This document shows positions 20,556-29,508 of a stretch of 57,670 nt of DNA, piece by piece. Origin of the DNA: an uncultured Pseudomonadota bacterium (GTDB lineage: Bacteria > Myxococcota_A > UBA796 > SXON01); assembly GCA_903959175.1 (NCBI GenBank), contig CAJBVW010000019.1, forward strand, positions 1 through 57,670, given 5' to 3'. Position numbers and translations under genes: made by a program. The notes under the pieces were generated by a model. The model had not been told where the DNA came from, did not search any database, and was given only the letters and a program-made list of their open reading frames with translations. The first letter of the stretch is position 1. Every line of letters starts with the position of its first letter.

Positions 20556-23312
20556 CTAGGTGGAGGACGAGGCCTCACCCGGCTCTTCGTAGCAGCACTT
20601 CTTGTACTTGAGCCCGCTGCCGCAGGGACAGGGGTCGTTGCGACCGACGCCGTGCTCGAGGGCGAACAGACGGGTCTCCGCGCCCTTCGCGGGACGCGCG
20701 AAGGAGGCCTGGGGCGCCGACATCACGGGGATGGGCTCGTACTCGGGCATCGCCGGCGCGTCCTGCTGCTCGAGCTCGTCGTCCAAGGCGCCGGACGAGA
20801 GCCGCTTCGCCATCGCCTTGCTCGGCGAGCTCGACGCGGTCTCGGCGACCTGCATCTGGATGCGGAGGAGCCGGCTCAGGACCGCTTCGTCGCGGAGCGA
20901 ATTCATGAGCTGGAACATCTGGAACGCTTCCTTCTTGTACTCGAGGAGCGGGTTCCGCTGGCCGTAGCCGCGCAGCCCGATCCCGTCGCGGAGGCGGTCC
21001 ATCGCGAGGAGGTGGTCCTTCCAGAACTGGTCGGCGAACTGCAGGAGCAGCATGCGCTCGAGCTGGCGCATCCCCTCTTCGCCGATCTCCTTCTCCTTGC
21101 CCTCGTAGGCGGCCAGGGCGCTGTCGGTCAGGCGCTGCTTGATCTCGACGCGGGAGAGCTCCTTGAGCTGGGCCGGGGTCTCCTCCCAGGTCACGGTGAA
21201 CACCTCATCGATGCGGCGGAGGAACGCTTCGGTGTTCCATGCCTCCACCGAGGTGGACTCGCCGATGTGCTCGTCCATGAAGTCCGCGATCAGCGCGGCG
21301 ATGCTCTCGAGCATCATCTGGCGCACGTTCTCACCGGTCAGCGCGCGGCGACGGAGGTCGTAGACCGCCTTGCGCTGGAGGTTCATGACGTCGTCGTACT
21401 CGATGAGGTTCTTGCGGATGTTGAAGTTGTGCCCCTCGACCTTCTTCTGGGCGCCCTCGATGGAGGACGTGATCCAGCGGTGCTCGATCGGCTCGTCGTC
21501 CTTGAGGCCCATCCGCTCCATCCAGACGATGATCTTGTCACTGCCGAAGATGCGCAGCAGATCGTCTTCGAGGGAGAGGTAGAAGCGGGAAGAGCCGGGA
21601 TCTCCCTGGCGTCCCGCGCGGCCGCGGAGCTGGTTGTCGATGCGGCGCGACTCGTGCCGCTCCGTGCCGAGGATGTGGAGGCCGCCGGCCGCCATGACCT
21701 TGGCGCGCTCGTCGTCCACCTGCGCGCGGTACTTCGCCACCGCGGCGGACCATTCGTCGGGCGAGGCCTGGAGCCCCACCTCCATCCGGGCGAGGCCCTC
21801 GGGGTCACCGCCGAGCTTGATGTCGGTGCCGCGACCCGCCATGTTCGTCGAGATGGTGATGGCGCCGAGGCGACCGGCCTGGGCGACGATCTCGGCCTCA
21901 CGCGCGTGGTTCTTCGCGTTGAGGACCTCGTGCGGGATCCCCTTCTTGGTGAGGAGGCGCGCGACGAGCTCGGACTTCTCGACGCTGGTCGTGCCGACGA
22001 GGACGGGCTGCTTCTTCTCGTAGCACTCCTCGAGCTCCTGCATGACCTTGCGGAACTTCTCGGCCTGCGTCTTGTAGACGATGTCGTGGTGGTCGAGCCG
22101 CTGCACGCCGCGGTTCGTCGGGATGGGCACGACTTCGAGCTTGTAGATGTTGCCGAACTCCTCGGCCTCCGTCTCCGCCGTGCCGGTCATGCCGGCCAGC
22201 TTGGCGTACATGCGGAAGAAGTTCTGGAACGTGATGGTCGCGTAGGTCTGGCTCTCCTTCTCGACCGTGACGCGCTCCTTGGCCTCGATCGCCTGGTGCA
22301 GGCCGTCCGACCAGCGGCGGCCCGCCATGAGGCGGCCGGTGTGCTCGTCGACGATGACGACCTTGCTCTCCTGGACCACGTAGTCCTTGTCGCGCTTGAA
22401 GAGGAAGTGCGCCTTCAAGGCCTGGTTGACGTGGTGGAGGATCTCCATGTTGTGGGGATCGTAGAGGTTGTCGACGCCCAGGCGGGCCTCGATCTTGTCC
22501 ATGCCCTCGTCAGTGAGGCTCACCGCGCGCTGCTTCTCGTCGACGATGAAGTCGATCTCCTTCTGCAGCAGCGGGATGATGCCGTCGATGATGAAGTACT
22601 TGTCGATCGCCATGTCCGTCGGACCGCTGATGATCAGCGGCGTACGGGCCTCGTCGATGAGGATGGAGTCGACCTCGTCCACGATGGCGAAGTTGTGCCC
22701 CCGCTGGACGTAGTCCTCGATCCGGAACTTCATGTTGTCGCGGAGGTAGTCGAAGCCGAACTCGTTGTTCGTGCCGTAGGTGATGTCCGAGCCGTACGCG
22801 GCGCGCTTCACCGGATCCGAGCGTTCGCCCGAGAGGATCTTGCCGGTCGACAGGCCGAGGAAGCCGTAGATGCGCCCCATCCAGTCGGCGTCGCGGCTGG
22901 CGAGGTAGTCGTTCACCGTGACGACGTGCGCGCCCTTGCCCGACAACGCGTTGAGGTAGACGGGGAGGGTCGCGACGAGGGTCTTGCCCTCGCCGGTCTT
23001 CATCTCCGCGACCATGCCGCGATGGAGCACCATGCCGCCGATGAGCTGCACGTCGAAGTGGCGCATCTCCATCGTGCGACGACCGGCCTCACGCACGGTG
23101 GCGAAGGCCTCGTGCATGATGTCGTCCAGCTTCGCGCCGTTGTCGATCTTCTGGCGGAACGCCGCGGTCTTTCCACGCAGCTCCTCGTCCGAGAGCGCGC
23201 GCAGCGACGCCTCGAACTCGTTGATCCGGACCACGTCGGGGCCCATTTTGCGGATCAGACGGTCGGCGCGTGTGCCGAAAACACGCTTGAAGACGGTATC
23301 GAGGCCCAACAT
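20556..23312 (-). CDS. secA: Preprotein translocase subunit SecA
   Basis: EMKTGEGKT, IVDEVDSILIDEARTPLIISG, TNMAGRGTDI, GRAGRQGDPG, C-terminal GRNDPCPCGSGLKYKKCC. Confidence 0.99.
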   Translation of the reverse strand: MLGLDTVFKRVFGTRADRLIRKMGPDVVRINEFEASLRALSDEELRGKTAAFRQKIDNGAKLDDIMHEAFATVREAGRRTMEMRHFDVQLIGGMVLHRGMVAEMKTGEGKTLVATLPVYLNALSGKGAHVVTVNDYLASRDADWMGRIYGFLGLSTGKILSGERSDPVKRAAYGSDITYGTNNEFGFDYLRDNMKFRIEDYVQRGHNFAIVDEVDSILIDEARTPLIISGPTDMAIDKYFIIDGIIPLLQKEIDFIVDEKQRAVSLTDEGMDKIEARLGVDNLYDPHNMEILHHVNQALKAHFLFKRDKDYVVQESKVVIVDEHTGRLMAGRRWSDGLHQAIEAKERVTVEKESQTYATITFQNFFRMYAKLAGMTGTAETEAEEFGNIYKLEVVPIPTNRGVQRLDHHDIVYKTQAEKFRKVMQELEECYEKKQPVLVGTTSVEKSELVARLLTKKGIPHEVLNAKNHAREAEIVAQAGRLGAITISTNMAGRGTDIKLGGDPEGLARMEVGLQASPDEWSAAVAKYRAQVDDERAKVMAAGGLHILGTERHESRRIDNQLRGRAGRQGDPGSSRFYLSLEDDLLRIFGSDKIIVWMERMGLKDDEPIEHRWITSSIEGAQKKVEGHNFNIRKNLIEYDDVMNLQRKAVYDLRRRALTGENVRQMMLESIAALIADFMDEHIGESTSVEAWNTEAFLRRIDEVFTVTWEETPAQLKELSRVEIKQRLTDSALAAYEGKEKEIGEEGMRQLERMLLLQFADQFWKDHLLAMDRLRDGIGLRGYGQRNPLLEYKKEAFQMFQLMNSLRDEAVLSRLLRIQMQVAETASSSPSKAMAKRLSSGALDDELEQQDAPAMPEYEPIPVMSAPQASFARPAKGAETRLFALEHGVGRNDPCPCGSGLKYKKCCYEEPGEASSST

Positions 23313-23403
23313 GTCAGGTACTCCAACGGACCCGCGCGCATAACCCCGATCCCGCGCGGATGCGCCCCCGACCCCCGCGGCAGCGCGCGCGCGCGCGGCG
23401 GGT

Positions 23404-24357
23404 TCAGGGCAGGTACTCGAGCGGATCCACCTTCTCCCCGTCGATCAGCAGCTCGTAGTGGAGGTGGGGGCCGGTGCTCATCCCCGTGCTTCCCACCAGG
23501 GCGATCACATCGCCAGCGACGACGAGATCGCCCTCGGTGACGAGGAAGCGCGACGCGTGGCAGTAACGAGTCGTAACGTCGTGACCGTGATCCACCACGA
23601 CCGTGTTGCCGTGGCCGGAGTCCCAGTCGGCGAAGGTGACGAGGCCGTCCGCCGTCGCGTAGATCGCGGACCCGTAGGCCGCGCCGAGGTCGAGCCCCGT
23701 GTGGAACTTCCACTTTCCGCCGAAGGGGGCGCGGCGATACCCGAAGGGCGACGTGAGCACGCCGTCCACCGGCCAGAGCTGCGGGAGGGCCGACTGGATG
23801 CCGTCGAACCGGGCGAGGAGGGCCTCGTAGTCGTCGAGCCCGGTCGAGACCGCACGGAAATCCTCCTCCAAGGCGGCGAGACGCGCTTCCACGGGCGGAT
23901 CGTCTCCGCGCTGCGCCGCCCCTACCGAGGGGACGATGCCCTCGATCCACGCCTGTCGGGCCGCGATCTCCTCCGGATCGAGGGGGCCGAAGCCCGGGAG
24001 GGCCTCGCGGGCTTCGATGGCGCGGAGCTGCTCGTCGTACGCACGGACCCGCTCGACGAGGGGTTGGAGGTCTGCGATACGACGGTCCACCTGGTCTAGA
24101 CGCGCCTTGAGCGCCAGGTTCTCGCCGACGATCCGATCGTGGGCGACCACGCGGGGGAGGGTCGCTGCCTGGACAATCGCGAGCACCACCAGCACCGCCA
24201 CGGTCGTGGCCACCGCGGCGATCCCCTGGCGCACGCGGCGCAACGGCACGCTGACCTGCCAGACCTGACCACGCCCCCCCTCGGGCACGAGCATGACCGT
24301 ATAGCGGGCGTTGGACGCCTCATGCTGCGGGACTGGGCTAAGCGAGCTCGTCGACAC
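23404..24357 (-). CDS. M23 family metallopeptidase (TM, coiled coil, M23 domain)
   Basis: WPVDGVLTSPFGYR, HTGLD, YCHAS, GSTGMSTGPHLHYE. Confidence 0.95.
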   Translation of the reverse strand: MSTSSLSPVPQHEASNARYTVMLVPEGGRGQVWQVSVPLRRVRQGIAAVATTVAVLVVLAIVQAATLPRVVAHDRIVGENLALKARLDQVDRRIADLQPLVERVRAYDEQLRAIEAREALPGFGPLDPEEIAARQAWIEGIVPSVGAAQRGDDPPVEARLAALEEDFRAVSTGLDDYEALLARFDGIQSALPQLWPVDGVLTSPFGYRRAPFGGKWKFHTGLDLGAAYGSAIYATADGLVTFADWDSGHGNTVVVDHGHDVTTRYCHASRFLVTEGDLVVAGDVIALVGSTGMSTGPHLHYELLIDGEKVDPLEYLP

Positions 24358-25099
24358 GCGTGATCACGGCCGTGATGTTGTCGTCCCCGCCGCGCGCGCA
24401 CGCGAGCTGGACGAGGTGCCGCGCGGCCTCTTGCGGGTTCATCGAGCGGACGGCCTCGCCCAGCTCGGCGGGCTCGACGAGGTTGGAGAGCCCGTCGCTG
24501 CAGAGGAGGAAGCGGTCACCCCGGCGGAGGGCGCGCACCTGGATGTCGATCTCGACGTCCTCGGTGTAGCCCAGCGAACGGGTGATGATGTTCTTGAGCT
24601 TGTGGTGCCGCGCCTGCTCGGGCGTGAGGAGCCCGGCGCGGATGCGCTCGTTGACGAGGGAGTGATCCTCGGTGAGCTGCTCGATGCGGCCCTCGCGGAC
24701 GATGTAGCCGCGGGAGTCTCCGACGTGGGCGACGAAGGCGTTCGAGCCGTCCACGAGGAGCACGAGGCAGGTCGTACCCATGCCGCGGTACTCGGGCTCG
24801 GCGTTCGCCTTCTCGAAGATGCGCTTGCCGGCGAGGCGGATCGCGTAGCGGAGGCGCTCGCGCATGACCTCGACGCTCCCCTCCTCCCGCGCGGCCTCGA
24901 TCTCGGGCGAGGTCTCGAGGTCGGACAGGACCTCCTCCACCGTGTTCACCGCGATGGCGCTGGCGAACTCGCCGCCGGCGTGCCCCCCCATCCCGTCGCA
25001 GACAACGAAGAGGTTGAGCTCATCGTTGATGAGGTAGTTGTCCTCGTTGTTGGTGCGTTTTACGCCAACGTCGGTGATTCCGCAGGAGGTGATCCGCAT
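24338..25099 (-). CDS. PP2C-type Ser/Thr phosphatase (Stp1/IreP family)
   Basis: TDVGVKRTNNED, CDGMGGH, GMGTT, HVGDSR, LLCSDGL, GGDDNIT. Confidence 0.96.
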   Translation of the reverse strand: MRITSCGITDVGVKRTNNEDNYLINDELNLFVVCDGMGGHAGGEFASAIAVNTVEEVLSDLETSPEIEAAREEGSVEVMRERLRYAIRLAGKRIFEKANAEPEYRGMGTTCLVLLVDGSNAFVAHVGDSRGYIVREGRIEQLTEDHSLVNERIRAGLLTPEQARHHKLKNIITRSLGYTEDVEIDIQVRALRRGDRFLLCSDGLSNLVEPAELGEAVRSMNPQEAARHLVQLACARGGDDNITAVITRVDELA

Positions 25100-25209
25100 G
25101 GGCGTTCGCTTGCCTTCCCCTGGGGCGAATAGCGCGAGCGGCCCCCCGTGCCAAGCGTCCGGGGCCGAGGTTCCGACAGAAGAGGACGCGCGGCGGCGTC
25201 CGCGCTCCA

Positions 25210-26103
25210 CTACGGCTCGTCTTCCGCGTCGGTCTCGGCGGCGTCGGGCTCCCCCTCGGAGGCGTCGTCCCCGCTTGCTTCCGTGGTGCGCACGGCGTCC
25301 ACCGCGGCCACGAGGCGGCGCCACTCGGGCAGGTCGAGCGTCTCGGCGCGACGACGGGCGTCGACCCCGGCGGCGTCGCACGCGGCCTGGGCGTCCACGC
25401 GCATCATGCCGCTGCCGAGGGAGTTGAGCAGGGTCTTCCTACGGTGGTGGAAGCCGAGGCGCACGATGCGGTCGAACACGCGCGCGGCCACGCCGCCGAA
25501 GTCGGGCTCGGGGAGCAGCTCGAACCCGAGCACCACGGAGTGGACCTTCGGTGCGGGGTGGAACGCGCCGGGCGGGAGGGTGAGGACGTGGCGCACGCGC
25601 GCGCGGACCTGCACCTGGACGGAGAGCGAGCCGCGGGAGGGGTGGCTGGGCCCCGCCTGGATACGCTCGCCCACCTCGCGCTGGAACATCAGGACCATCG
25701 TGGAGAAAATGCCGGGGTGCGCCAGGAAGCGGAGCAGCAGCGGCGTCGCCACGTTGTAGGGCAGGTTGGCGATGACCTTCCAGCCGCCGGGAGGGGGGCA
25801 GATCTCGGGGAGGTCGACGCGCATGGCGTCTCCCTCGACGAGGTCGAGGTCCGGCCACTGCTGACGGAGGCCCGCGGCGAGGTCGCGGTCGAGCTCGACG
25901 CAGCGGAGGGCGGCGCCGCTGCCGCGGATCTGCTCGGTGAGGACGCCGAGGCCCGGCCCAATCTCGAGGACGCGGTCGGTGCGCTGGAGCGAGGCGGCGC
26001 GCACGATGCGGTCGACAGCCTCTTCGGAGACGAGGAAGTTCTGGCCGAAGCGGCGACGGGCGCGTTGTTCGAGCTCGCGGAGGCGGACGGAGGGATGGAT
26101 CAC
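25210..26103 (-). CDS. rsmA: 16S rRNA m6(2)A1518/1519 dimethyltransferase
   Basis: RRFGQNFL, VLEIGPGLG, IANLPYNV, MFQREV, FHPAPKV. GTG start overlaps the tsaD stop. Confidence 0.97.
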   Translation of the reverse strand: MIHPSVRLRELEQRARRRFGQNFLVSEEAVDRIVRAASLQRTDRVLEIGPGLGVLTEQIRGSGAALRCVELDRDLAAGLRQQWPDLDLVEGDAMRVDLPEICPPPGGWKVIANLPYNVATPLLLRFLAHPGIFSTMVLMFQREVGERIQAGPSHPSRGSLSVQVQVRARVRHVLTLPPGAFHPAPKVHSVVLGFELLPEPDFGGVAARVFDRIVRLGFHHRRKTLLNSLGSGMMRVDAQAACDAAGVDARRRAETLDLPEWRRLVAAVDAVRTTEASGDDASEGEPDAAETDAEDEP

Positions 26104-27065
26104 GGGGTGCCCACGGCCCATCGGGGGCGCGCATTCGAGGGGCCGGGGACGAGCCCGGCGAGGAGGCGGAGCCGGCCGACGTTGGCGATCATGGCGCCAT
26201 TGTCGGTGCAGCGGGCCCGGGGAGGGAGGAAGGGCTCGAGCCCGCACGCGGCGATGCGGGCGCGGATGCGGCTGTTCGCGGCGACGCCGCCGCCGATGGA
26301 GATGCGCTCGACGCCCGTACGGACGCTAGCCCGTTGGATACGGTCGACGAGCACGTCCGCCACGGCCTCCTGGAAGCTCGCGGCGAGGTCGGCGGGGCGT
26401 GTGTCCGGGAAGCGCTCGAGGCGGGTACGCACCGCGGTCTTGAGGCCGGCGAAGCTCATGTCGAGGTCGCCCACGCGCGGGCGCGGCAGCGGGACGGCCC
26501 TCGGATCCCCACTCTCCGCGAGGGCGTCTACGAGCGGGCCGCCCGGGTAGCCGAGGCCGAGCATGCGCGCGACCTTGTCGAAGGCCTCGCCGACGGCGTC
26601 GTCCACGGTCTCGGCGAGCGTCTGGTAGGAGCCGACGGCCTGGGCGAGGTAGAGCGTCGTGTGCCCTCCGCTCACGACGAACCCGAGGAACGGGAAGGCC
26701 GGCGCGGGGTCGTCCAGGAGGGGCGAGAGGAGGTGGCCCTCGAGGTGGTTCACGGGCATGAACGGCACGCCCCATCCGAGGGCGGCGGCGCGACCAAAGG
26801 AGAGGCCCACCAGGACGGCGCCGATCAGCCCCGGACCGGCGGTCGCCGCGACGGCGTCCGGCCGCTCGACGCCGGCCTGCTCGAGCGCGGCGCGGACCAC
26901 GGGCACGATCTGCTCGGCGTGAGCGCGGCTCGCGATCTCCGGCACGACGCCACCGTACGCCGCGTGGATGGCCTGGCCGTACACCACGTCGGAGAGGACG
27001 CCCTCGGGCCCGACGACGGCCGCGGCGGTCTCGTCGCAGGAGCTCTCGATGCCGAGCACGCGCAT
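26100..27065 (-). CDS. tsaD: tRNA N6-threonylcarbamoyltransferase
   Basis: LGIESSCDETAAA, GGVVPEIASRAH, VNHLEGH, VSGGHT, DDAVGEAFDK, CTDNGAMIA. Confidence 0.98.
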   Translation of the reverse strand: MRVLGIESSCDETAAAVVGPEGVLSDVVYGQAIHAAYGGVVPEIASRAHAEQIVPVVRAALEQAGVERPDAVAATAGPGLIGAVLVGLSFGRAAALGWGVPFMPVNHLEGHLLSPLLDDPAPAFPFLGFVVSGGHTTLYLAQAVGSYQTLAETVDDAVGEAFDKVARMLGLGYPGGPLVDALAESGDPRAVPLPRPRVGDLDMSFAGLKTAVRTRLERFPDTRPADLAASFQEAVADVLVDRIQRASVRTGVERISIGGGVAANSRIRARIAACGLEPFLPPRARCTDNGAMIANVGRLRLLAGLVPGPSNARPRWAVGTP

Positions 27066-27994
27066 CAGACGACCGGCGCCGGGGCGGGAGGTCCGGCGGG
27101 GAAGCGCGCGAAGAGGGCGACCGCGACGAGGAGCAGCACGATGCCGCCGGCGACGCCCATGACGCCGACCACCTGGGGCGCGCCCGCGTGGAGGATGAGC
27201 TCGTGGAAGCCCATCAGCGCGTTGAGGACGCCGTGCGCGACCGCCGCGGCCCACACGGTCCCGCTCGCCTCACGCACCCAGGCGAGGAGCGCGCCGAGCG
27301 GGATGGAGACGCCGATCAGCACGAGCGTGCCCTGGAGCGGCGCGTCGGGGAAGTGCCCGGCGAGCAGGACGAGCGGCGCGTGCCAGATGCCCCAGGCGAG
27401 GCCGATGAGCAGCGCGGCGGGCCAGAAGCCGAGCGGACGGAGCTCGCGGAAGAGCACGCCACGCCAGCCGATCTCCTCGGCGAAGGCGAGCGGCGCGTAG
27501 AAGAACAGGCCGACGATGAGCGCCTGGAACGAGGCGAGGAGCGGGTACGGGACCGAGGAAGCGTCGAGCCCGGCGCGCATCTGGGCCGCGGCCTCCTCCC
27601 CGCGGAGGGAGAGGACGCGCTCGACGATGGGGCCGCCGGTGAGATCGAGGGTGGCCCATCCGAAAGCGTTGGCGACGAACGCCGACGCCCACACGATGAG
27701 CACGGGCGCGAGCCAGGACAGGACGACCACGCCGCCGAAGCGGAGGCTCGTGTCCAGGCTGGAGGCGGGCTCGTGGACGACGAAGCGCTTCCAGAGGAGG
27801 GAGGCGAACAACGGACCGACGAGGAAGGGCACGGCGAGGAGGAGGCTCCAGTAGCCGTCGACCGGGAGGCGAAGGGCGGCGACGAGCGCGGCGATGCCCC
27901 AGCTCCAGGCGAAGACCAGGGCCAGCCACGCGCCCGCGCGGCGGAGGAACGTACGGGAGACGCCCGCTTCGGCCGGATGCGGCTCGGAACTCAA
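27065..27994 (-). CDS. CPBP (Rce1/Abi) family glutamic intramembrane protease
   Basis: AEEIGWRG, WGIWH and HGVLN motifs in a multi-TM protein. TTG start overlaps the upstream stop. Confidence 0.92.
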   Translation of the reverse strand: MSSEPHPAEAGVSRTFLRRAGAWLALVFAWSWGIAALVAALRLPVDGYWSLLLAVPFLVGPLFASLLWKRFVVHEPASSLDTSLRFGGVVVLSWLAPVLIVWASAFVANAFGWATLDLTGGPIVERVLSLRGEEAAAQMRAGLDASSVPYPLLASFQALIVGLFFYAPLAFAEEIGWRGVLFRELRPLGFWPAALLIGLAWGIWHAPLVLLAGHFPDAPLQGTLVLIGVSIPLGALLAWVREASGTVWAAAVAHGVLNALMGFHELILHAGAPQVVGVMGVAGGIVLLLVAVALFARFPAGPPAPAPVV

Positions 27995-29508
27995 TGGGTC
28001 ACCTTCGGGAGGTAGGTCGCGTGGTCGAAGCGCCCTCCGTCTTGCTTGCCGTCGTGACAGTCGACACAAACGGAGACGTCGGGCTTCGCAATCATCTCCA
28101 CCGTCGGCGGCTTGGCAACGTGCGCCTTGCCGGGACCGTGACATGCCTCACACCCGACGGCCTCGAGGCCCGCGACGGCGCCGGGATCCTGGGGGCCGTC
28201 CGGATGGAAGGCGCCGGTGACGTGGCAGGAGTAGCAGGAGCGATCGCGCTCGTTTCCCGCCGTCACGAGCGTGCTCCAGGCGCGGGAGTGGGCCGTACCG
28301 CCCCACTGGGCCGCCTGCTCGGCGTGGCAGCCCGTGCACGCGGAGGAGCCGGCGAAGGGGCTGTTCGCGAGGGCCGAGACGGTGGACACGGGCTCGGCGG
28401 CCTGGATCGCCACCTTCGCCTTCGCGACGAGCGCGGCGGTCGCGGCGTGGTCGGCGATGTCCGTTCCGAGGTCGACGAGGCGGTTGGTCACCCGGTGCGC
28501 GGGCTCCTTCGCGGTCGCGGCATCGGTGAGCGAGCCCTCGACCTCCACGAGCTTCCCCTCGAAGAAGCTGACCTGCTTCCCGATGCGCTCCCGCGTGGGG
28601 TCGTCCTTCGCCTCGGACTGACGCTTCTTCAGCTCGGCGACGCGGTTGCGGTAGCTCTCGCGCTGGTCCGCGAACTGCTGCAGGGCCTGACCGTCCCGCC
28701 ATTTGGTCGCCCCTGGAGTGAGCGTGTACGAGATCACGCCGACCTGCTTGCCGCGCGAGCCCGCCGCGAGGAGCATGCCCCCGTTCGAGAGCGCGTCCGG
28801 ACGCTCGAGCTGCTTGCGCTCCTGGCCGTTGACGATGAGGGAGACCGTCGGGAAGGTCGCGGCGAGCGCCTCGTCTTCCTGAACCTTCTGGCCCGAGAGG
28901 ACCACGATCACCCCCGGCGGGGCGGCGGCGATGGCGGCGCGCGCGGCGGCCATCGGCTCGGTGGCCCGGCAGCCGGGCTCCTTCGCGGAGTTCCCCACCA
29001 GGCCGATGACGGTGAGGGTCTGCCCGCCACGGTCGACCGACACGGAGGCCGGGAACGGGTTGGAGCCGCCACAGTCAAGGTTCGCGGCGACGTACGGGAG
29101 GGAGTAGGCAGCGGCCAGCTCTCGTACGGTCGCGATGCCGAGGGCGAGGTCACCGGCGCCGGGGAGCATGGCGTCCACGCCGACGAGCGCGTAGCCCTCG
29201 GCGAGGAGCCGCGCCTTCTCGAGCTGCTGCGCGCGCTCGGTGTCGCGGAGCGTTGCCCGGCCCCAGAAGAGGTTGCCGGCGTCGAGCACGACGACGGGGC
29301 CGTCCTTTCGGAGCCCCTCAATCACGGTGTTTCGTCTGGACAGACCGCCCATGGGATGTTTGGGTCAACCACAGGGCTCGATCTCGCCGTCCACGTTGCC
29401 CGTGTAGGCGAGGGTGAGCGCGCCGGGAGGCGCCACGGGGACGTCGGGCGCGCCGCACGCGGTGAAGGCCAGCGCGACGAGGGCGACCATGCGGGGTCCG
29501 AACCTCAC
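27991..29508 (-). CDS. Selenocysteine-containing lipoprotein: UshA-like N-terminal domain (CGU motif), coiled coil, tetraheme cytochrome c (c554-like)
   Basis: The frame continues upstream of the track ORF through one TGA (29365-29367): (M)RFGPRMVALVALAFTAC...LTLAYTGNVDGEIEPCG-U-PKHPMGGLSRR...VLDAGN. Heme motifs CTGCH, CYSCH, CEACH, CVDCH. SECIS present. Alternative ATG start at 29490. Confidence 0.88.
29337..29364 (-). promoter_or_regulatory. Bacterial SECIS element
   Basis: After the UGA: CCCAAACAUCCCA-UGGGC-GGUCU-GUCCA. Five-pair stem; the apical GGUCU starts after 18 nt from the UGA. Confidence 0.8.

Noticed and set aside
20511-23540. 1009-aa plus-strand ORF
   Set aside because: Antisense to secA; long shadow ORFs are expected at this GC content and it shows no recognisable motifs.
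25136-25154. Sigma-54-like TGGCACG upstream of the PP2C gene
   Set aside because: The -12 GC is misplaced by one base relative to the strict GG-N10-GC spacing.
29365-29367. TGA interpreted as a nonsense mutation (pseudogene) or as a genetic-code change
   Set aside because: The Cys-Gly-TGA context and correctly spaced SECIS favour selenocysteine, and TGA is the ordinary stop for many other genes in the window.
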